Positions 37,255-48,609 of a stretch of 64,000 nucleotides of DNA are shown one piece after another. Position 1 is the first letter of the stretch; each line of letters opens with the position of its first letter. This stretch comes from Candidatus Micrarchaeota archaeon (GTDB lineage Archaea > Micrarchaeota > Micrarchaeia > Micrarchaeales > CABMGC01): assembly GCA_021850625.1 (NCBI GenBank), contig JAJZLJ010000023.1:10219-74218 (forward strand), read 5' to 3'. The notes beneath the pieces are model-generated. The model worked only from the letters and a program-made list of their open reading frames with translations. It ran no database searches and was not told where the DNA came from. A program made the position numbers and the translations under genes.

Positions 37255-38901
37255 ATGGCGGAAAATCAATTAGGTGGACAACAGTATTTAATATTGCCGG
37301 AAGGAACCAGCAGGCTTATAGGAAAAGAAGCTCAAAGAACCAACATTGCAGTAGGATATGCGGTAGCTAGTATAGTACGTACTACGCTAGGTCCAAAAGG
37401 AATGGACAAGATGCTAGTAAGCGAGCTTGGTGATATCTCAATAACTAACGACGGAGCTACTATTTTAGAAGAGATGAATGTAGAACATCCAGTTGCAAAG
37501 ATAATGGTTGAGATAGCAAAAACACAGGACAAAGAAGTAGGCGATGGAACTACAACAGCTGTGATAGTTGCAGGAGATTTGCTTAAACATGCAGGAAATC
37601 TGCTTGATCAGGGTATTCCTCCAGCATCGATAATAAAGGGATATGAAATGGCTAGAGATAAGGCCATAGAACTTCTAAACTCAATGTCCGGCTCAATTAG
37701 CATAAGTGATGAAGATAAGCTTGATAGGATAGCTATGATATCAATGGGCTCTAAGAACATAGGTAGCGATAATACTAAGAAGCATCTCGCAAAGCTTGCT
37801 CTGCAAGGACTTAAGCAGGTAGCCATAAAGGAAGGAAATAAAATCTCCATAGACCGTGACTTCATAAAACTAGAGAAGAAAGAAGGCGGAAGTATAGAGG
37901 ACACAAGCTTTATAAATGGCGTTTTGATAGACAAGGAGATAACACATCCTGGAATGCCAAAGCTAATGAAAAACGCAAGCATAGCGCTTCTTGATGTAGC
38001 TCTTGAGATAGAGAAGACAGAGACCGATGCAAGAATAGAGATAACCTCGCCAGAGCAGATGCAGGCCTTTTTAACTCAGGAAGAAAAAATGCTTAAAGAC
38101 ATGGTAGACAAGATAGCAAAAAGCAAAGCAACCGTCGTATTCGTGCAAAAAGGAATAGACGATGTTGCACAGCATTATCTTGCAAAAGCAGGAATAATGG
38201 CAATAAGGAGAGTCAAGAAGAGCGATATGGAAAAGCTTGGAAAGGCAACAGGAGCAAGACTCATAACAAGTCTGGATGATCTATCTGATAAGGATCTAGG
38301 ATTCGCAGGTATGGTAGAGGAACGCAAGATTTCTGGAGAGCAGATGCTTTTCGTAGAGAAGTGCAAGGATCCAAAGAGTGTAACAATATTCATACGTGGC
38401 GGAACAAAGCAGGCTATAGATGAAGTAGAGCGTGCAATGACAGACGTCATAGGGGCACTTTCAAGCGCAGTAGAATCAGGAAGATATGTAACCGGTGGAG
38501 GTAGTATAGAGATGGAGGTATCCATAAAACTGCGAGACTTTGCAACTGATGTAGGCGGCAGAGAACAGCTTGCAATACAAGCCTTTGCCGATTCATTAGA
38601 AATAATTCCAAAAACGCTTGCCGATAGTTCAGGTATGGACCCTATAGATACACTTGTAAGTTTGCGCACTAAGCATAAAAATAAGGATGGCAAAAACTTT
38701 GGAATAGATGTATATAAAAATACAATAGGGGACATGGAAAAGCTTGGAGTTATAGAGCCTCTTAAAGTAAAGATACAGGCAATCTCGAGTTCCACAGAAG
38801 CATCATCCTCTATTCTAAGAATAGATGATATGATAAGCGCAAAGGGCAGATCTCCTGCTGGCGGCGGAATGCCTCCAGGCATGGGTGGAATGGAGGATTA
38901 A
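37255..38901 (+). CDS. ths: Thermosome subunit (group II chaperonin)
   Basis: [32 protein letters not shown] motifs and a [13 protein letters not shown] tail. AGGTGA SD 7 nt before the ATG at 37255 (alternative GTG at 37246). Confidence 0.95.
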   Translation: MAENQLGGQQYLILPEGTSRLIGKEAQRTNIAVGYAVASIVRTTLGPKGMDKMLVSELGDISITNDGATILEEMNVEHPVAKIMVEIAKTQDKEVGDGTTTAVIVAGDLLKHAGNLLDQGIPPASIIKGYEMARDKAIELLNSMSGSISISDEDKLDRIAMISMGSKNIGSDNTKKHLAKLALQGLKQVAIKEGNKISIDRDFIKLEKKEGGSIEDTSFINGVLIDKEITHPGMPKLMKNASIALLDVALEIEKTETDARIEITSPEQMQAFLTQEEKMLKDMVDKIAKSKATVVFVQKGIDDVAQHYLAKAGIMAIRRVKKSDMEKLGKATGARLITSLDDLSDKDLGFAGMVEERKISGEQMLFVEKCKDPKSVTIFIRGGTKQAIDEVERAMTDVIGALSSAVESGRYVTGGGSIEMEVSIKLRDFATDVGGREQLAIQAFADSLEIIPKTLADSSGMDPIDTLVSLRTKHKNKDGKNFGIDVYKNTIGDMEKLGVIEPLKVKIQAISSSTEASSSILRIDDMISAKGRSPAGGGMPPGMGGMED

Positions 38902-38934
38902 CCTTATTTCAATAACTATAACATATAGCCAAAT

Positions 38935-38965
38935 GGATGTCTTGCAGGCATCCCTTTTTATTTTT
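38935..38965 (+). terminator. Hairpin + T-tract terminator candidate after the thermosome gene
   Basis: 7-bp stem ggatgtc/ggcatcc with a 5-nt loop (38935-38953), followed by cTTTTTATTTTT. Confidence 0.5.
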
Positions 38966-38994
38966 ATATTTTATATCTTATTTGATGTGTATTT

Positions 38995-39555
38995 ATGCCA
39001 AAACTTATAATTACTGGAACTCCTGGTTCAGGTAAATCCACAATAATCTCAAAACTTAGCGGTAATTTCAAGATAATTAATATAGGCACCGAGATGATGA
39101 AGTACATAACCAACAAATCAATATTAAGAGATGAAATACGCAGTAAGTTGGAGTACAATGAGATCGCTTTGGCTCGAGAAAAGGTCTTTGATGAAATAAA
39201 CAAAACCAAAGGTCCTGTAATAATAGATACACATACCTCAATAAAAAGCGGGAAAAAATTTATACCTGGATTTTCTTCAACAGATCTTCTGTCTCTAAAA
39301 AATACAAAAGCTATAATCTACATAGATGCATTTGCTGTAGACATCCTTTTACGTAGGATAGGCGATCGTACAAGATCAAGAGAGGACGAAACAGCAGAAG
39401 AGATAGAAGAGCATAGAACAGTAAACATAAGTCTCGCAACATATTACTCTGTGCAGCTTGGCGTACCTTTATATATCATAAAAAACAAACAAGATAGACT
39501 AGATGAATGCAGAAGAGATGTTGAAAAAGCAATATCCGATGCACTTTCGAAATAA
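38995..39555 (+). CDS. adkA: Archaeal-type adenylate kinase
   Basis: LIITGTPGSGKSTI P-loop, VIIDTHTSIK, DILLRRIGDRTRSRED, and a conserved position before DUF106/L34e/cmk. Confidence 0.85.
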   Translation: MPKLIITGTPGSGKSTIISKLSGNFKIINIGTEMMKYITNKSILRDEIRSKLEYNEIALAREKVFDEINKTKGPVIIDTHTSIKSGKKFIPGFSSTDLLSLKNTKAIIYIDAFAVDILLRRIGDRTRSREDETAEEIEEHRTVNISLATYYSVQLGVPLYIIKNKQDRLDECRRDVEKAISDALSK

Positions 39556-39568
39556 ATGTGGTAATTTG

Positions 39569-40069
39569 ATGTTAAATATTTTTATAATAGAACTAATCTC
39601 TGCTGGAATAGTTTATGCCATTTTTTCTGTAATTGTACAACGAAAACTTTCTAATATAGATAAAATGTATGAATTAAGGGCCCGCATGAGTCAACATACA
39701 AAAGAATTAATGGAGATGACAAAAACCAACGCTCCGAAAGAAAAAATCTCCGCAAAGCAAAAAGATCTAACAAATACTAGTATGGAAAGCATGAAAAACC
39801 AGATGAAGCCAATGCTTATAGTACTTCCAATATTTGCAGTAGTATACTATTTACTCATACCTACTGTTTTTTCAAACTCTGGAATCTTGATATCAATTTT
39901 AGGTTTCACTCTTAATTATCAGCTTCTCTTTATAGTAGTTACATTTCTCTCTGGAATAGTGCTTTCAATAACCTTTTCAATGCGTGATAGAAAAAGATTA
40001 AAGGATAAATACAACTTTGGTCTTATGCAACCTTCATTTAAAAATCCAGAACAGCAGATGCCGCAGTAA
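39569..40069 (+). CDS. DUF106 (EMC3/TMCO1/YidC-like) membrane protein
   Basis: TM - coiled K/E/M-rich loop (MYELRARMSQHTKELMEMTK...MESMKNQMKPM) - TM-TM layout and conserved synteny. ATG at 39569 preferred over the overlapping 39503 start. Confidence 0.6.
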   Translation: MLNIFIIELISAGIVYAIFSVIVQRKLSNIDKMYELRARMSQHTKELMEMTKTNAPKEKISAKQKDLTNTSMESMKNQMKPMLIVLPIFAVVYYLLIPTVFSNSGILISILGFTLNYQLLFIVVTFLSGIVLSITFSMRDRKRLKDKYNFGLMQPSFKNPEQQMPQ

Positions 40070-40159
40070 AAAAGTCTAAATAACTTTATCGCTATAAATT
40101 ATAGGATTATATAGTAATTTATTAAGTTTATTATGTTTAATATCAAATAAGGTGTTCAA

Positions 40160-40483
40160 GTGCCGAAACCAATGCAAAGATCAAGAAGTCTAAGAAGAAT
40201 ACACAGAGTTACAAAGTCAGGAAGAAAAGTAATACATTATGAAAGGAGAAAAAATAACTTTCCTCACTGTGCTATATGTAAAATTGAGCTAAACGGAATC
40301 TCGCTTAAAAAAACAGGCGGAAAGACTAGACGTTCAAATTCCCGTCTTTTCGGCGGTGTATTATGCTCTGGATGTGCAAGCGAGGTTATTAAGGTAGCAA
40401 GCAGAATAGAACAAGGAGACATGAAGCTTAACGACATAAGTATAAGGCAAAAAGCCTACGTTTTGCAAATGATCTCACACTAA
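40160..40483 (+). CDS. rpl34e: Ribosomal protein L34e (eL34)
   Basis: PKPMQRSRSLRRIHRVTKSGRKVIHYERRK plus CAICK...CSGCA. GTG start after aaggtg. Confidence 0.85.
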   Translation: MPKPMQRSRSLRRIHRVTKSGRKVIHYERRKNNFPHCAICKIELNGISLKKTGGKTRRSNSRLFGGVLCSGCASEVIKVASRIEQGDMKLNDISIRQKAYVLQMISH

Positions 40484-40485
40484 CG

Positions 40486-41058
40486 GTGCTTTTACTGGAA
40501 GCAATAATTATCTCCGGATTTCCTGCATCTGGAAAAACAACAATAGCTGCATTATTGGCAAAGAAACTCAATGTTTCTTCAATAGGCGGAGGAGACATAC
40601 TAAAAGAAATGGCGGCAGAACGCGGCTATATTCCTGGAGGAAATGATTGGTGGGATACTAAAGATGGACTTAAGTTTCTAAAAGAACGAGAGAGAAATTC
40701 AGAGTTTGATAAAGAAGCAGATACAAAAATGGAGAAGAAGATAAGGGATGGAAATATAGTTGTAACAAGCTATACCGCTCCGTGGCTTTTCAATATGGGT
40801 TTTAAGGTATGGTTAGATGCGAGTCATGATAAAAGAACAGAGCGCATGTCAAAACGTGATGGCACAGCTCAAAAGGATACTGCGGAAATAGTAACAAAAC
40901 GTGAAAAAGAGAACCATAAACTTTACATGAGTCTTTATAAGATAGATTTTGGGGTAGACAAGGAGCCATTTGATCTTATATTAAATACTGACAATAAAAC
41001 ACCTGAGGAAATCTCAGAACTTATACTAACTAAATTTAAAGAAAAAAATAAAAATTAG
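40486..41058 (+). CDS. cmk: Archaeal cytidylate kinase
   Basis: IIISGFPASGKTTIA P-loop and conserved synteny between L34e and L14e. Confidence 0.8.
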   Translation: MLLLEAIIISGFPASGKTTIAALLAKKLNVSSIGGGDILKEMAAERGYIPGGNDWWDTKDGLKFLKERERNSEFDKEADTKMEKKIRDGNIVVTSYTAPWLFNMGFKVWLDASHDKRTERMSKRDGTAQKDTAEIVTKREKENHKLYMSLYKIDFGVDKEPFDLILNTDNKTPEEISELILTKFKEKNKN

Positions 41059-41065
41059 TGATCTT

Positions 41066-41317
41066 ATGACATTATTAGAAGAAGGAAGGGTATGTGTGAA
41101 GAGATTGGGAAGAGACGCTGGAGATAAAGCAGTTATAACGAAGGTAATAGACAGGAACTTTGTTATGATAATGAGCCATTCCAGACACAAGCAAAGAAGA
41201 TGCAATGTAAAACACTTAGAGTTTCTCAACGAGAAGATAGACCACAACAACAAGGAGCAGGTAAACTCTCTTCTTGAGATAAGAGAAAGAAAAGAAGCAC
41301 CAAAATCAAAGAAATAA
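41066..41317 (+). CDS. rpl14e: Ribosomal protein L14e (eL14)
   Basis: KOW-like GRVCVKRLGRDAGDKAVITKVID and NVKHLEF. Confidence 0.8.
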   Translation: MTLLEEGRVCVKRLGRDAGDKAVITKVIDRNFVMIMSHSRHKQRRCNVKHLEFLNEKIDHNNKEQVNSLLEIRERKEAPKSKK

Positions 41318-41427
41318 ATAGAATATACCTTGTTAGAAGAGCAAACTGCAGATAACCAGAAAAAAAGTGTGCTTGTTGCAAAGGCGTTTGAATTGGATAT
41401 TAAGCCAGAAGTTTAGGTCTGATTTGT

Positions 41428-41937
41428 ATGAAAGTAATTATTTATATGGCGATAAGTGCTAATGGAATGATAGCTAAAAGCGATGATAATACCAGTTGGA
41501 TTTCAAAAAAGGAATGGTATAATTATATTTTAATTACAAGGAAGGCAGGGAATCTAATTGTTGGTCGTAGAACATACAATATACTCACAAAACAACCAGA
41601 ATTTTCAGAATTCAAAAATGTAAAACTTGTAGTTGTGTCTAAAAATAACAAGCCAAAAATTATAGCATCTAATCATTTTATAGTTTCAAAACCAAAAGAG
41701 GCACTTAAACTCTTGAAGAACTTTAAAGAAGTAATCGTTGCTGGTGGCGGAATTCTAAATAAATCTTTTATAAAAGAAGGTTTAGTTGATGAAATTTACC
41801 TTGATATTGAACCAATTATGCTTGGTAAAGGAATAAGCCTTTTTAGAGAAGAAAACTTTGAAACAAAACTTGAACTACTAAATACCAAAAAAATATCTAA
41901 AAATGAAATCCAATTACATTACAAAATCAAAAAGTAG
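41428..41937 (+). CDS. RibD C-terminal / dihydrofolate-reductase-like domain protein
   Basis: VIIYMAISANGMIAKSDD, LIVGRRTY, VAGGGILNKSFIKEGLVDEIYLDIEPIMLGKG. Confidence 0.6.
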   Translation: MKVIIYMAISANGMIAKSDDNTSWISKKEWYNYILITRKAGNLIVGRRTYNILTKQPEFSEFKNVKLVVVSKNNKPKIIASNHFIVSKPKEALKLLKNFKEVIVAGGGILNKSFIKEGLVDEIYLDIEPIMLGKGISLFREENFETKLELLNTKKISKNEIQLHYKIKK

Positions 41938-42102
41938 CAATATCCCTACCTCGATATTCTAATCTATAAGAATAGACATATTTATTTTGTGTTTGAATTT
42001 GCCCTTTGCTTTCCAATCAGAAAGTTTTTGTGTTATCTTGCCTACAAATTTTGTTTTTATCTTTAATTCTGTGAGCACTCAATCTTTGGGATTATATATA
42101 GA

Positions 42103-42834
42103 CTAAGGATTTTGAACATTTTTTATTATAAAATGGGAGATCAACTCTATTGCTTTATTAAAATCTTCCTTTTTAGTATAACGGTGATCAGCACCCTCGA
42201 TAATCTCTATTTTGCTATTTTTGATATTCTTAGCTAATTCATAGCCTAATTCTATTTCTACATCTACGTCCGCCTTACCATGTACTATTAGGGTTGGTAC
42301 ATTTATGGTTTTAGCTGCCTCAAACCAGCTCTTTGTTTCAAAGTCAGTCTTATAGTTTGTCATGGTTCTAGAAGTTTTGCCCATTCCTGGAGATTTTAGT
42401 GCCATAAATTTTAAGTCCTTAGTCTTTGAAGCTGCAATTACTGCGGCTAAACCACCAAAACTTGACCCCACAATTCCAATATCTTTATACCCATTAGATT
42501 TCAGATAAGAAATTGCACTAAGTATATCATCGACAAATTCAGCAACAGTCCTATCATCAATATCTCCATCACTTTCTCCGTGAGCAAAGAAATCAAAACG
42601 TAATGTAGCAATTCTGTTCTGCGTTAAAACCTTATTTAGAGCTGTATTGGTACTGCTCTCTTTATCAGAATTTAATCCGTGACATAATATCACTATTGGT
42701 AATTTTACTTCTGAAGGATTAGACAATACGCCTGACAGTTTGACCCAATTAGAATCCTTAAATTGTAGTTTATTCTCCATATTTTCATCTTTTTTGTGTT
42801 TTGATTGATTTTCAAAAATAATTTGTTTTATCAT
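42103..42834 (-). CDS. Alpha/beta hydrolase (Ser-Asp-His triad)
   Basis: Nucleophile elbow GIVGSSFGG, HGKADVDV, GADHRY. Confidence 0.7.
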   Translation of the reverse strand: MIKQIIFENQSKHKKDENMENKLQFKDSNWVKLSGVLSNPSEVKLPIVILCHGLNSDKESSTNTALNKVLTQNRIATLRFDFFAHGESDGDIDDRTVAEFVDDILSAISYLKSNGYKDIGIVGSSFGGLAAVIAASKTKDLKFMALKSPGMGKTSRTMTNYKTDFETKSWFEAAKTINVPTLIVHGKADVDVEIELGYELAKNIKNSKIEIIEGADHRYTKKEDFNKAIELISHFIIKNVQNP

Positions 42835-43153
42835 AGTACCATTGAGGTAGCCCTATGCCTTCCCAAGTTTCTACCATATTTAAATTAATGTGTCAAAATA
42901 TATAAAACTGTTCAAAATAGGGGTTCTATATACAACCCAACATTCGATTGGAACAGGTGCAAAAATATACCTCCAAAAAGAGTACATAGGAAAATAAGTA
43001 TACTTAATCGTGACTAATAAGAAGGTTAATTGACGACTTTTGTTCCAGAGTCTGTCTGTTGCAAACATATATATATGTCTTCTTTCATGTTATTGTTGTA
43101 TTTAATTTAGAAAAGTCCATCAGAGTTATTGGTTGGAATATGTCCTGTTATAG

Positions 43154-43549
43154 TTGATTTATATGAAAACAACATCAATTGCTGCGATAATCATTGTAAT
43201 AATAATACTTTTAGTGGCTGCGTATGTGTTATTATCGAATAAAAATCTTTCTAATAATTCTACATTAAATAGTACAACCGGTGCAACTGCGACACCTATA
43301 TCTGCATCAACTTCACCAAAAAGTTCTTCATCATCTAATGCTTTAATCTCTAATCATTCATCAAACACAACTTCTCCACCACCATCACCTCCATCCATAC
43401 CTACAAACACATCAAAAACTAACTCTTCAAAATCATCTTCCAGTACTTCAAAAACTAACTCTTCAACCTCAAACACATTAATCTCTAATCATTCATCAAA
43501 CACAACTCCACCACCATCTCCTCCACCACCACAACAAGTTCCAATATAA
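43154..43549 (+). CDS. Signal-anchored S/T/P-rich (mucin-like) small protein
   Basis: N-terminal TM IAAIIIVIIILLVAAYVLL, then a low-complexity S/T/P/N region with an internal duplication (LISNHSSNTT.PPPSPP twice). Confidence 0.4.
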   Translation: MIYMKTTSIAAIIIVIIILLVAAYVLLSNKNLSNNSTLNSTTGATATPISASTSPKSSSSSNALISNHSSNTTSPPPSPPSIPTNTSKTNSSKSSSSTSKTNSSTSNTLISNHSSNTTPPPSPPPPQQVPI

Positions 43550-43852
43550 CTTCAACTACGTGGCATAGGACTCTAGTTTATCATTTCATACAGATACATT
43601 TTACTGATAGCTTACGCTAATATTTTACATTACCGATATGCATCTCAATATCTGTAGTAATATTTTGGTGACAAGTTCTTTCTTTAGCGTTATTTTGCGT
43701 AAATCTTTTTATTAACAACATGAGCGGGAAATCTACCTCGGTTACAAGTTGAAGATTCTAACCCAACAAGCTTTAATCTTAGGAAATTATTATTTTCTAA
43801 TCCATAAACACACATTTATAAATTGTTTCTGCGTTATTGTTTTGTTGTTTTT

Positions 43853-45184
43853 ATGAACGTTGAGATAACTGACAAAATCAAAAAAATAATCGAACGCGAT
43901 AAAAAAATAATGCTTACTACAACCAGATCTCCGTATCCTTTTGTTCCAGATACTGGTTCTGGAGAGATAATTACTGATATTTCTGGAAATAATTTTATAG
44001 ATTTTTCTAGTTTTATCTCAGTATATAATCTGGGCATAAATGGAAACAAGGAAATACGCAAAGCAATAAAGGAACAAACAGATAAATTAATTCATGGGGC
44101 CTTTACTGATTATTACGCTGAGCCTCCTGTTATTTTTGCTGAAAAACTAATGAGCATGTTTCCCAAAGGCTTTGGGAAACTCTTCTTTTCTAATTCTGGA
44201 ACTGAGGCAAACGAAGCCGCATTGAAATTTTCTAAATTATTTACTAAACGACAGTATGTACTTTCGTTTTACAGCGCATTTCATGGAAGAACAATGGGCT
44301 CTTTAGGGCTTAGTGCATCTAAATCATCGCAGAGGGAATACTTCGGGCCATTTAACTCAAACATACACGTGCCTTATGCCTATTGTTATAGATGCCCATT
44401 TGGAAAGGAGTATCCTTCATGTGGAATGGCATGCGTTGATTATACAAAAAAGAATGTTCTTCAAAAAGAAACAAGTGGAAAGGAAATATCGGCAATTTTC
44501 ATAGAGCCTATACAAGGGGAGGGCGGTTATATAGTGCCACCAAAAGAATTTGTTGTAGAGATTAGAAAGCTTGCAGATGACAACGGAATACTTTTGGTTG
44601 CAGATGAGGTTCAAAGCGGATATATGCGAACAGGAAAATTTTTGGCATTAGATAATTTTAATGTAGAAGCAGATATCTATACAATGGCAAAGTCAATAGC
44701 GTGCGGTCTTCCGATGGGTGTCACTATAACCAGAAGTTCTCTAGGGGATATTCCTGCAGGATCTCATGCTAATACTTTTGGAGGAAATCTTGTTGCTAGC
44801 GCAGCAGCAACTGCCTCTTTAGAATATCTAAAAAAGCATCTTTCTGAAATAAAATCTAACATAGAAACAAGCTCTAAAATAATCATGCATAGACTTAATG
44901 AATTAAAACAAAGATACGAAATAATAGGCGATGTGCGCGGCATAGGCTTAATGATTGGAATAGAGCTTGTCAAAGATAGAAAAACAAAAGAGCCTGCAAT
45001 AGCAGAACGTGAGACTATTCTCAAAAACTGTTTTGAAAATGGTCTTATATTACTTCCAGCTGGCGTCTCGACGATAAGAATAATTCCACCACTTACAATC
45101 TCAAGAAAAACGCTCGAAGATGGTTTAGATATTTTTGAATCAGCAATAATTACTGGCAACAAAAAGCTACATAAATCTACTTAG
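43853..45184 (+). CDS. Class III (omega) aminotransferase, acetylornithine/4-aminobutyrate type
   Basis: FSNSGTEANEAALK, HGRTMG, DEVQSGYMRTGKF, TFGGN. A TATA-like ATTTATAAA lies at 43814-43822, so ATG at 43853 is preferred to TTG at 43823. Confidence 0.85.
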   Translation: MNVEITDKIKKIIERDKKIMLTTTRSPYPFVPDTGSGEIITDISGNNFIDFSSFISVYNLGINGNKEIRKAIKEQTDKLIHGAFTDYYAEPPVIFAEKLMSMFPKGFGKLFFSNSGTEANEAALKFSKLFTKRQYVLSFYSAFHGRTMGSLGLSASKSSQREYFGPFNSNIHVPYAYCYRCPFGKEYPSCGMACVDYTKKNVLQKETSGKEISAIFIEPIQGEGGYIVPPKEFVVEIRKLADDNGILLVADEVQSGYMRTGKFLALDNFNVEADIYTMAKSIACGLPMGVTITRSSLGDIPAGSHANTFGGNLVASAAATASLEYLKKHLSEIKSNIETSSKIIMHRLNELKQRYEIIGDVRGIGLMIGIELVKDRKTKEPAIAERETILKNCFENGLILLPAGVSTIRIIPPLTISRKTLEDGLDIFESAIITGNKKLHKST

Positions 45185-48100
45185 ATTAAACTGCTTTACT
45201 GCATTGCTGTTTATTCCCTCGCCTATAAACAACTCAGCTATCTCTTCTTTAACAAGCCTAAGCCTTTGCTTTATATACGGATCTAAATCATATCTATCCG
45301 CTAAATTTATAGCCATCTCAAGATATTTTTCTATTCCGCCTTTAGATATAGTCAAGAGCAGTTTACCTCCGTCCTTAGTACACTTGCCAGAAAGCGGAAT
45401 GCGCCTATACTTTGCATTGCAGCTTGAGCATCGTAGCACCTGCTTTGAGAATGAATGAAGATTTCCTATAAGATCTGGTATGAAATGGCTTGTTATTACT
45501 CTTCTAGCAGCATCTTTCTTGTTTATGGCATATATTTTATCCATTAATGCAAACTCTGCGTTAACCTTATCCTGCATTGTCTTGAGTTGTGTATACAATG
45601 TTCTTTTTGGCGAGTTAGCTATTGCATTAAATGAGCTGTGATGTGTGAAATAGATCTCCTCTGCTGGCTTATTAGTATTTATCTTATCTACAACCCGTTG
45701 CATCTTTACCTCTGAAGGGCTTGCATAAGAAAAGCTTTTCTCATATAACTCTATAGGATATTGTTCAACTGTTTCCATAGTGTGGACTTCATCATCAACC
45801 TCCTCCACCTTCACATTAACTGTTAATATAAGTGGGGTATCCATAGTTCCGCCTACTGTAACTGGGAGAAATTCCTTGGAGAAGTTTATCAACGCATCAA
45901 GTAGGAGCATAGTTGTATCCTCGTCACCATCACAGTTTCTTCTTCTTGCACATATTGTATATGGGTGTGCAAAACCTACGACAGCGTCAGTAAATCCTAT
46001 TATCCTTCCTAATACTGCGCAAGAGGTATGTGGGGCGAGCGTGATTACCTGTTTGCCTATCATGTCATTTATGCTATTTGCGTTGTAGTATCTCTCCATA
46101 CCATACAACTCTTCAAGCATCTGATCTACAAACCTAGAAACCTTCAGTAGATAGTCTGCACCTCTCCTATTCAATATAACATCTTGGTGTTTAAGCTCTA
46201 CTAATTGTTCCTCACTTACAAGCTCATTGCCTTTGTAATCCTTATCATATCCAAGTTCTTTTAATCGTTGAATACCAACCCCAATTTCTATTGGATAGAA
46301 ATGTGTTATCGGTACATCTGTAGCATCAAAACGTGCAGTACCATCTTTAAAAATATAGACATTATTTCTAGCTCTAAGTATGCCTTTTTCCAAAGGCTCA
46401 ATTATTTTGTCCTTATTAGAAAGTCCCTTCACACCCTTTATTACCTGCGGAAGCTTATTTATCTTTAATTTTCTCATACTGTTGTTTACTACATTAACCA
46501 AATCTATATTTTTCTCTACAAACGCCTCTGTTTTTACATTACATTTACTACAAAGCTTTTCGTTTGTAATGGTATTGCATTTAGGGCACTTTCTTTCTAT
46601 AACTGCGCGCACATTGCAATCATAGCAAAATGGAGTATCTATATTTCTTTTACAAATATTGCATCTGTAATTTGCAATCTCTACATTCAATCCTGATTTG
46701 AATTTTTTAGAATCTAAGGCATACGCTTTTGTTATATTTTTGTCTTTACTTGCATAAGATCCTATTGGAAATAAAACCGTAACTGCAGGTTTCATAAGCC
46801 TCTCCTTTGCTTTTTCCGGCCTGCCTATCCTACCGCCTAAAAAGGTGGATCTCTTCATTATTTTAAATGGCGCAACTGCATTTACTATCTCAAGCACATC
46901 TGTTTTATCAATATATTTATTCAATACTACTGTATCTTCAACTAGTTTTCCTTCAACACCAGCTGCAAAACCTAAAGAAGCTATAAGACTCTGTCCGTAC
47001 TCTTCATCTATTACAATGATCTTCTTTTCCTCGTCAAGTTTGTGTGGTACGGTTAGAAGCTCCAATGTCCTTTTCAACTCGGCAGTGTTATTCAATCTAA
47101 GTTCTTTAAACTCGAATAATGTTTTTTTGTTTTCATTAATCACAGCTGCTATTTGTTTAGCCAGATTAGTAAGTTGAACTATTCCTATACTATTAAACTC
47201 GAAAAGAAACTTTGGATGCAAAGGAAGTTGTTTTTCAACTGAAAGGATATAAAGGCTCTTAAAATCAGTTTTAAACCCGTCTACAAAACCGCTCTTTCGT
47301 AGTTGAAGTTCCCATAATTCTTCGACATAACTGCTTGGTTGTAATGGCGTATTGGTCTTCTTGAAATCCCCATATGTTATTAAAATGTCTCCAAGAGTTA
47401 TTATCTCCTCTACCTCGTTCTTTAAAAGTGTAGCAGTTCCTGCATCATTAATTCTTAACGCCTCACCACTTTTTAATCTTACAAACGGTCCCTCTATACT
47501 ATCAACCGGAAGAGCAACACAGCCCTTTCCAGGCAGCTCTATCTTAAGCTGTGTTCCTATTGCTATGAAATTATCACATATTATCATGGTAGCCGGACTA
47601 AAGCCCTTAGCAGCTATACCGGTAAATCTGCTTCTTCCATATCTCAAGCGTAAGCCTCCATTTGTTCCTGGATACGATATAACTGGTCTTCCTGCAACAA
47701 GTTCCTCTAAGAAAACAGCAACCCCATCATTTTTCTTATCTTTAGGCCCTTTAAGATCTATTTTTACTAGCTTGCTTAACCAAGGCCAGTCAAGCCCTGC
47801 ATTTTTAGTTTCTTCAATCATCTTCTTTGCCTTCTGGGCTATACCTTCACAACTCACCAGAGCCATTCCTCCACGCACTCTATTTGTTATGGGAATTTCT
47901 TTTCCTTCTCTGTTAAGCCTTGTCATATTGGCATGAACACCAACCTCAATTTCTTCAGTAGGTACTCCATCTATACATATTGGGCAGTTTTCAAAAAGCA
48001 TCCTTATATCATCATCAGACGGCCTATATTGCAGCCTTGCACATCTTGTGTGATAAAGCTCAATCTCCTCTACGGTTCTTTCTATATAATCCTTTGTAGG

Positions 48101-48607
48101 TTTGTAAAGTCCTATTCCGAGTATTTTTCTAGCATGATCTGCAAGAGCTACTGAAAGCGCTGCGCTAGTTCCCCCTGCACCTCGTATGGGACCTGCATAC
48201 ATTACTGATAGGTAATCGCTGCCGTCACTATTTTTAAAAATCTCAACCGCGCTTATTCCTTCTGTAGGAGCAACTAGAACTCCCTCTGTAAGTATTGCAG
48301 TTCCAACCCTTACTGCCAGCTCTATTCTTTTTATCTTTTCATATTTATCATAATTCTTATTCGTGCAGATCTCTCCAACTACCTCAAAAGCAAGTCCACT
48401 TCTGCCTTTGACCCCATATTTACTTCTTATTAATTCTGCAATACCTTCAAGACCTATAAGTCCCTCAACTCGTTTTGCCAGATCTGATGCAGGTATTATC
48501 TCTACCTCGGTTGTAGGGTCAAATCCTATACTTCTCGCCTTTTTAGCAACTTCATAACCTTTCTGAAAATCATTAGAAAGCTGCGCGAAGTATTCTTCAA
48601 GATTCAT
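45167..48607 (-). CDS. DNA polymerase II (PolD) large subunit DP2
   Basis: 1146 aa. N-terminus YFAQLSNDFQKGYEVAKKARSIGFDP, multiple Cys-cluster zinc modules (CNICKR..CYDC, CPKCN..CSKC, CSSCNAKYRR). Immediately downstream of DP1. Confidence 0.95.
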   Translation of the reverse strand: MNLEEYFAQLSNDFQKGYEVAKKARSIGFDPTTEVEIIPASDLAKRVEGLIGLEGIAELIRSKYGVKGRSGLAFEVVGEICTNKNYDKYEKIKRIELAVRVGTAILTEGVLVAPTEGISAVEIFKNSDGSDYLSVMYAGPIRGAGGTSAALSVALADHARKILGIGLYKPTKDYIERTVEEIELYHTRCARLQYRPSDDDIRMLFENCPICIDGVPTEEIEVGVHANMTRLNREGKEIPITNRVRGGMALVSCEGIAQKAKKMIEETKNAGLDWPWLSKLVKIDLKGPKDKKNDGVAVFLEELVAGRPVISYPGTNGGLRLRYGRSRFTGIAAKGFSPATMIICDNFIAIGTQLKIELPGKGCVALPVDSIEGPFVRLKSGEALRINDAGTATLLKNEVEEIITLGDILITYGDFKKTNTPLQPSSYVEELWELQLRKSGFVDGFKTDFKSLYILSVEKQLPLHPKFLFEFNSIGIVQLTNLAKQIAAVINENKKTLFEFKELRLNNTAELKRTLELLTVPHKLDEEKKIIVIDEEYGQSLIASLGFAAGVEGKLVEDTVVLNKYIDKTDVLEIVNAVAPFKIMKRSTFLGGRIGRPEKAKERLMKPAVTVLFPIGSYASKDKNITKAYALDSKKFKSGLNVEIANYRCNICKRNIDTPFCYDCNVRAVIERKCPKCNTITNEKLCSKCNVKTEAFVEKNIDLVNVVNNSMRKLKINKLPQVIKGVKGLSNKDKIIEPLEKGILRARNNVYIFKDGTARFDATDVPITHFYPIEIGVGIQRLKELGYDKDYKGNELVSEEQLVELKHQDVILNRRGADYLLKVSRFVDQMLEELYGMERYYNANSINDMIGKQVITLAPHTSCAVLGRIIGFTDAVVGFAHPYTICARRRNCDGDEDTTMLLLDALINFSKEFLPVTVGGTMDTPLILTVNVKVEEVDDEVHTMETVEQYPIELYEKSFSYASPSEVKMQRVVDKINTNKPAEEIYFTHHSSFNAIANSPKRTLYTQLKTMQDKVNAEFALMDKIYAINKKDAARRVITSHFIPDLIGNLHSFSKQVLRCSSCNAKYRRIPLSGKCTKDGGKLLLTISKGGIEKYLEMAINLADRYDLDPYIKQRLRLVKEEIAELFIGEGINSNAVKQFNLSRFM

Positions 48608-48609
48608 AT

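Noticed and set aside
38175-38882. Long antisense ORFs inside conserved genes (e.g. 38175-38882 in the thermosome, 22566-23183 in rrp42, 47352-47936 and others in PolD DP2, 49187-49693 in DP1, 63241-63636 in dnaK)
   Set aside because: They lie opposite strongly conserved coding sequence and have low-complexity S/L/I/F-rich translations. They are typical shadow ORFs of AT-rich genomes.
41333-41419. 28-codon TTG-initiated ORF (MLEEQTADNQKKSVLVAKAFELDIKPEV) after rpl14e
   Set aside because: Too short, and it resembles no known small archaeal protein (no zinc ribbon or ribosomal-protein signature).
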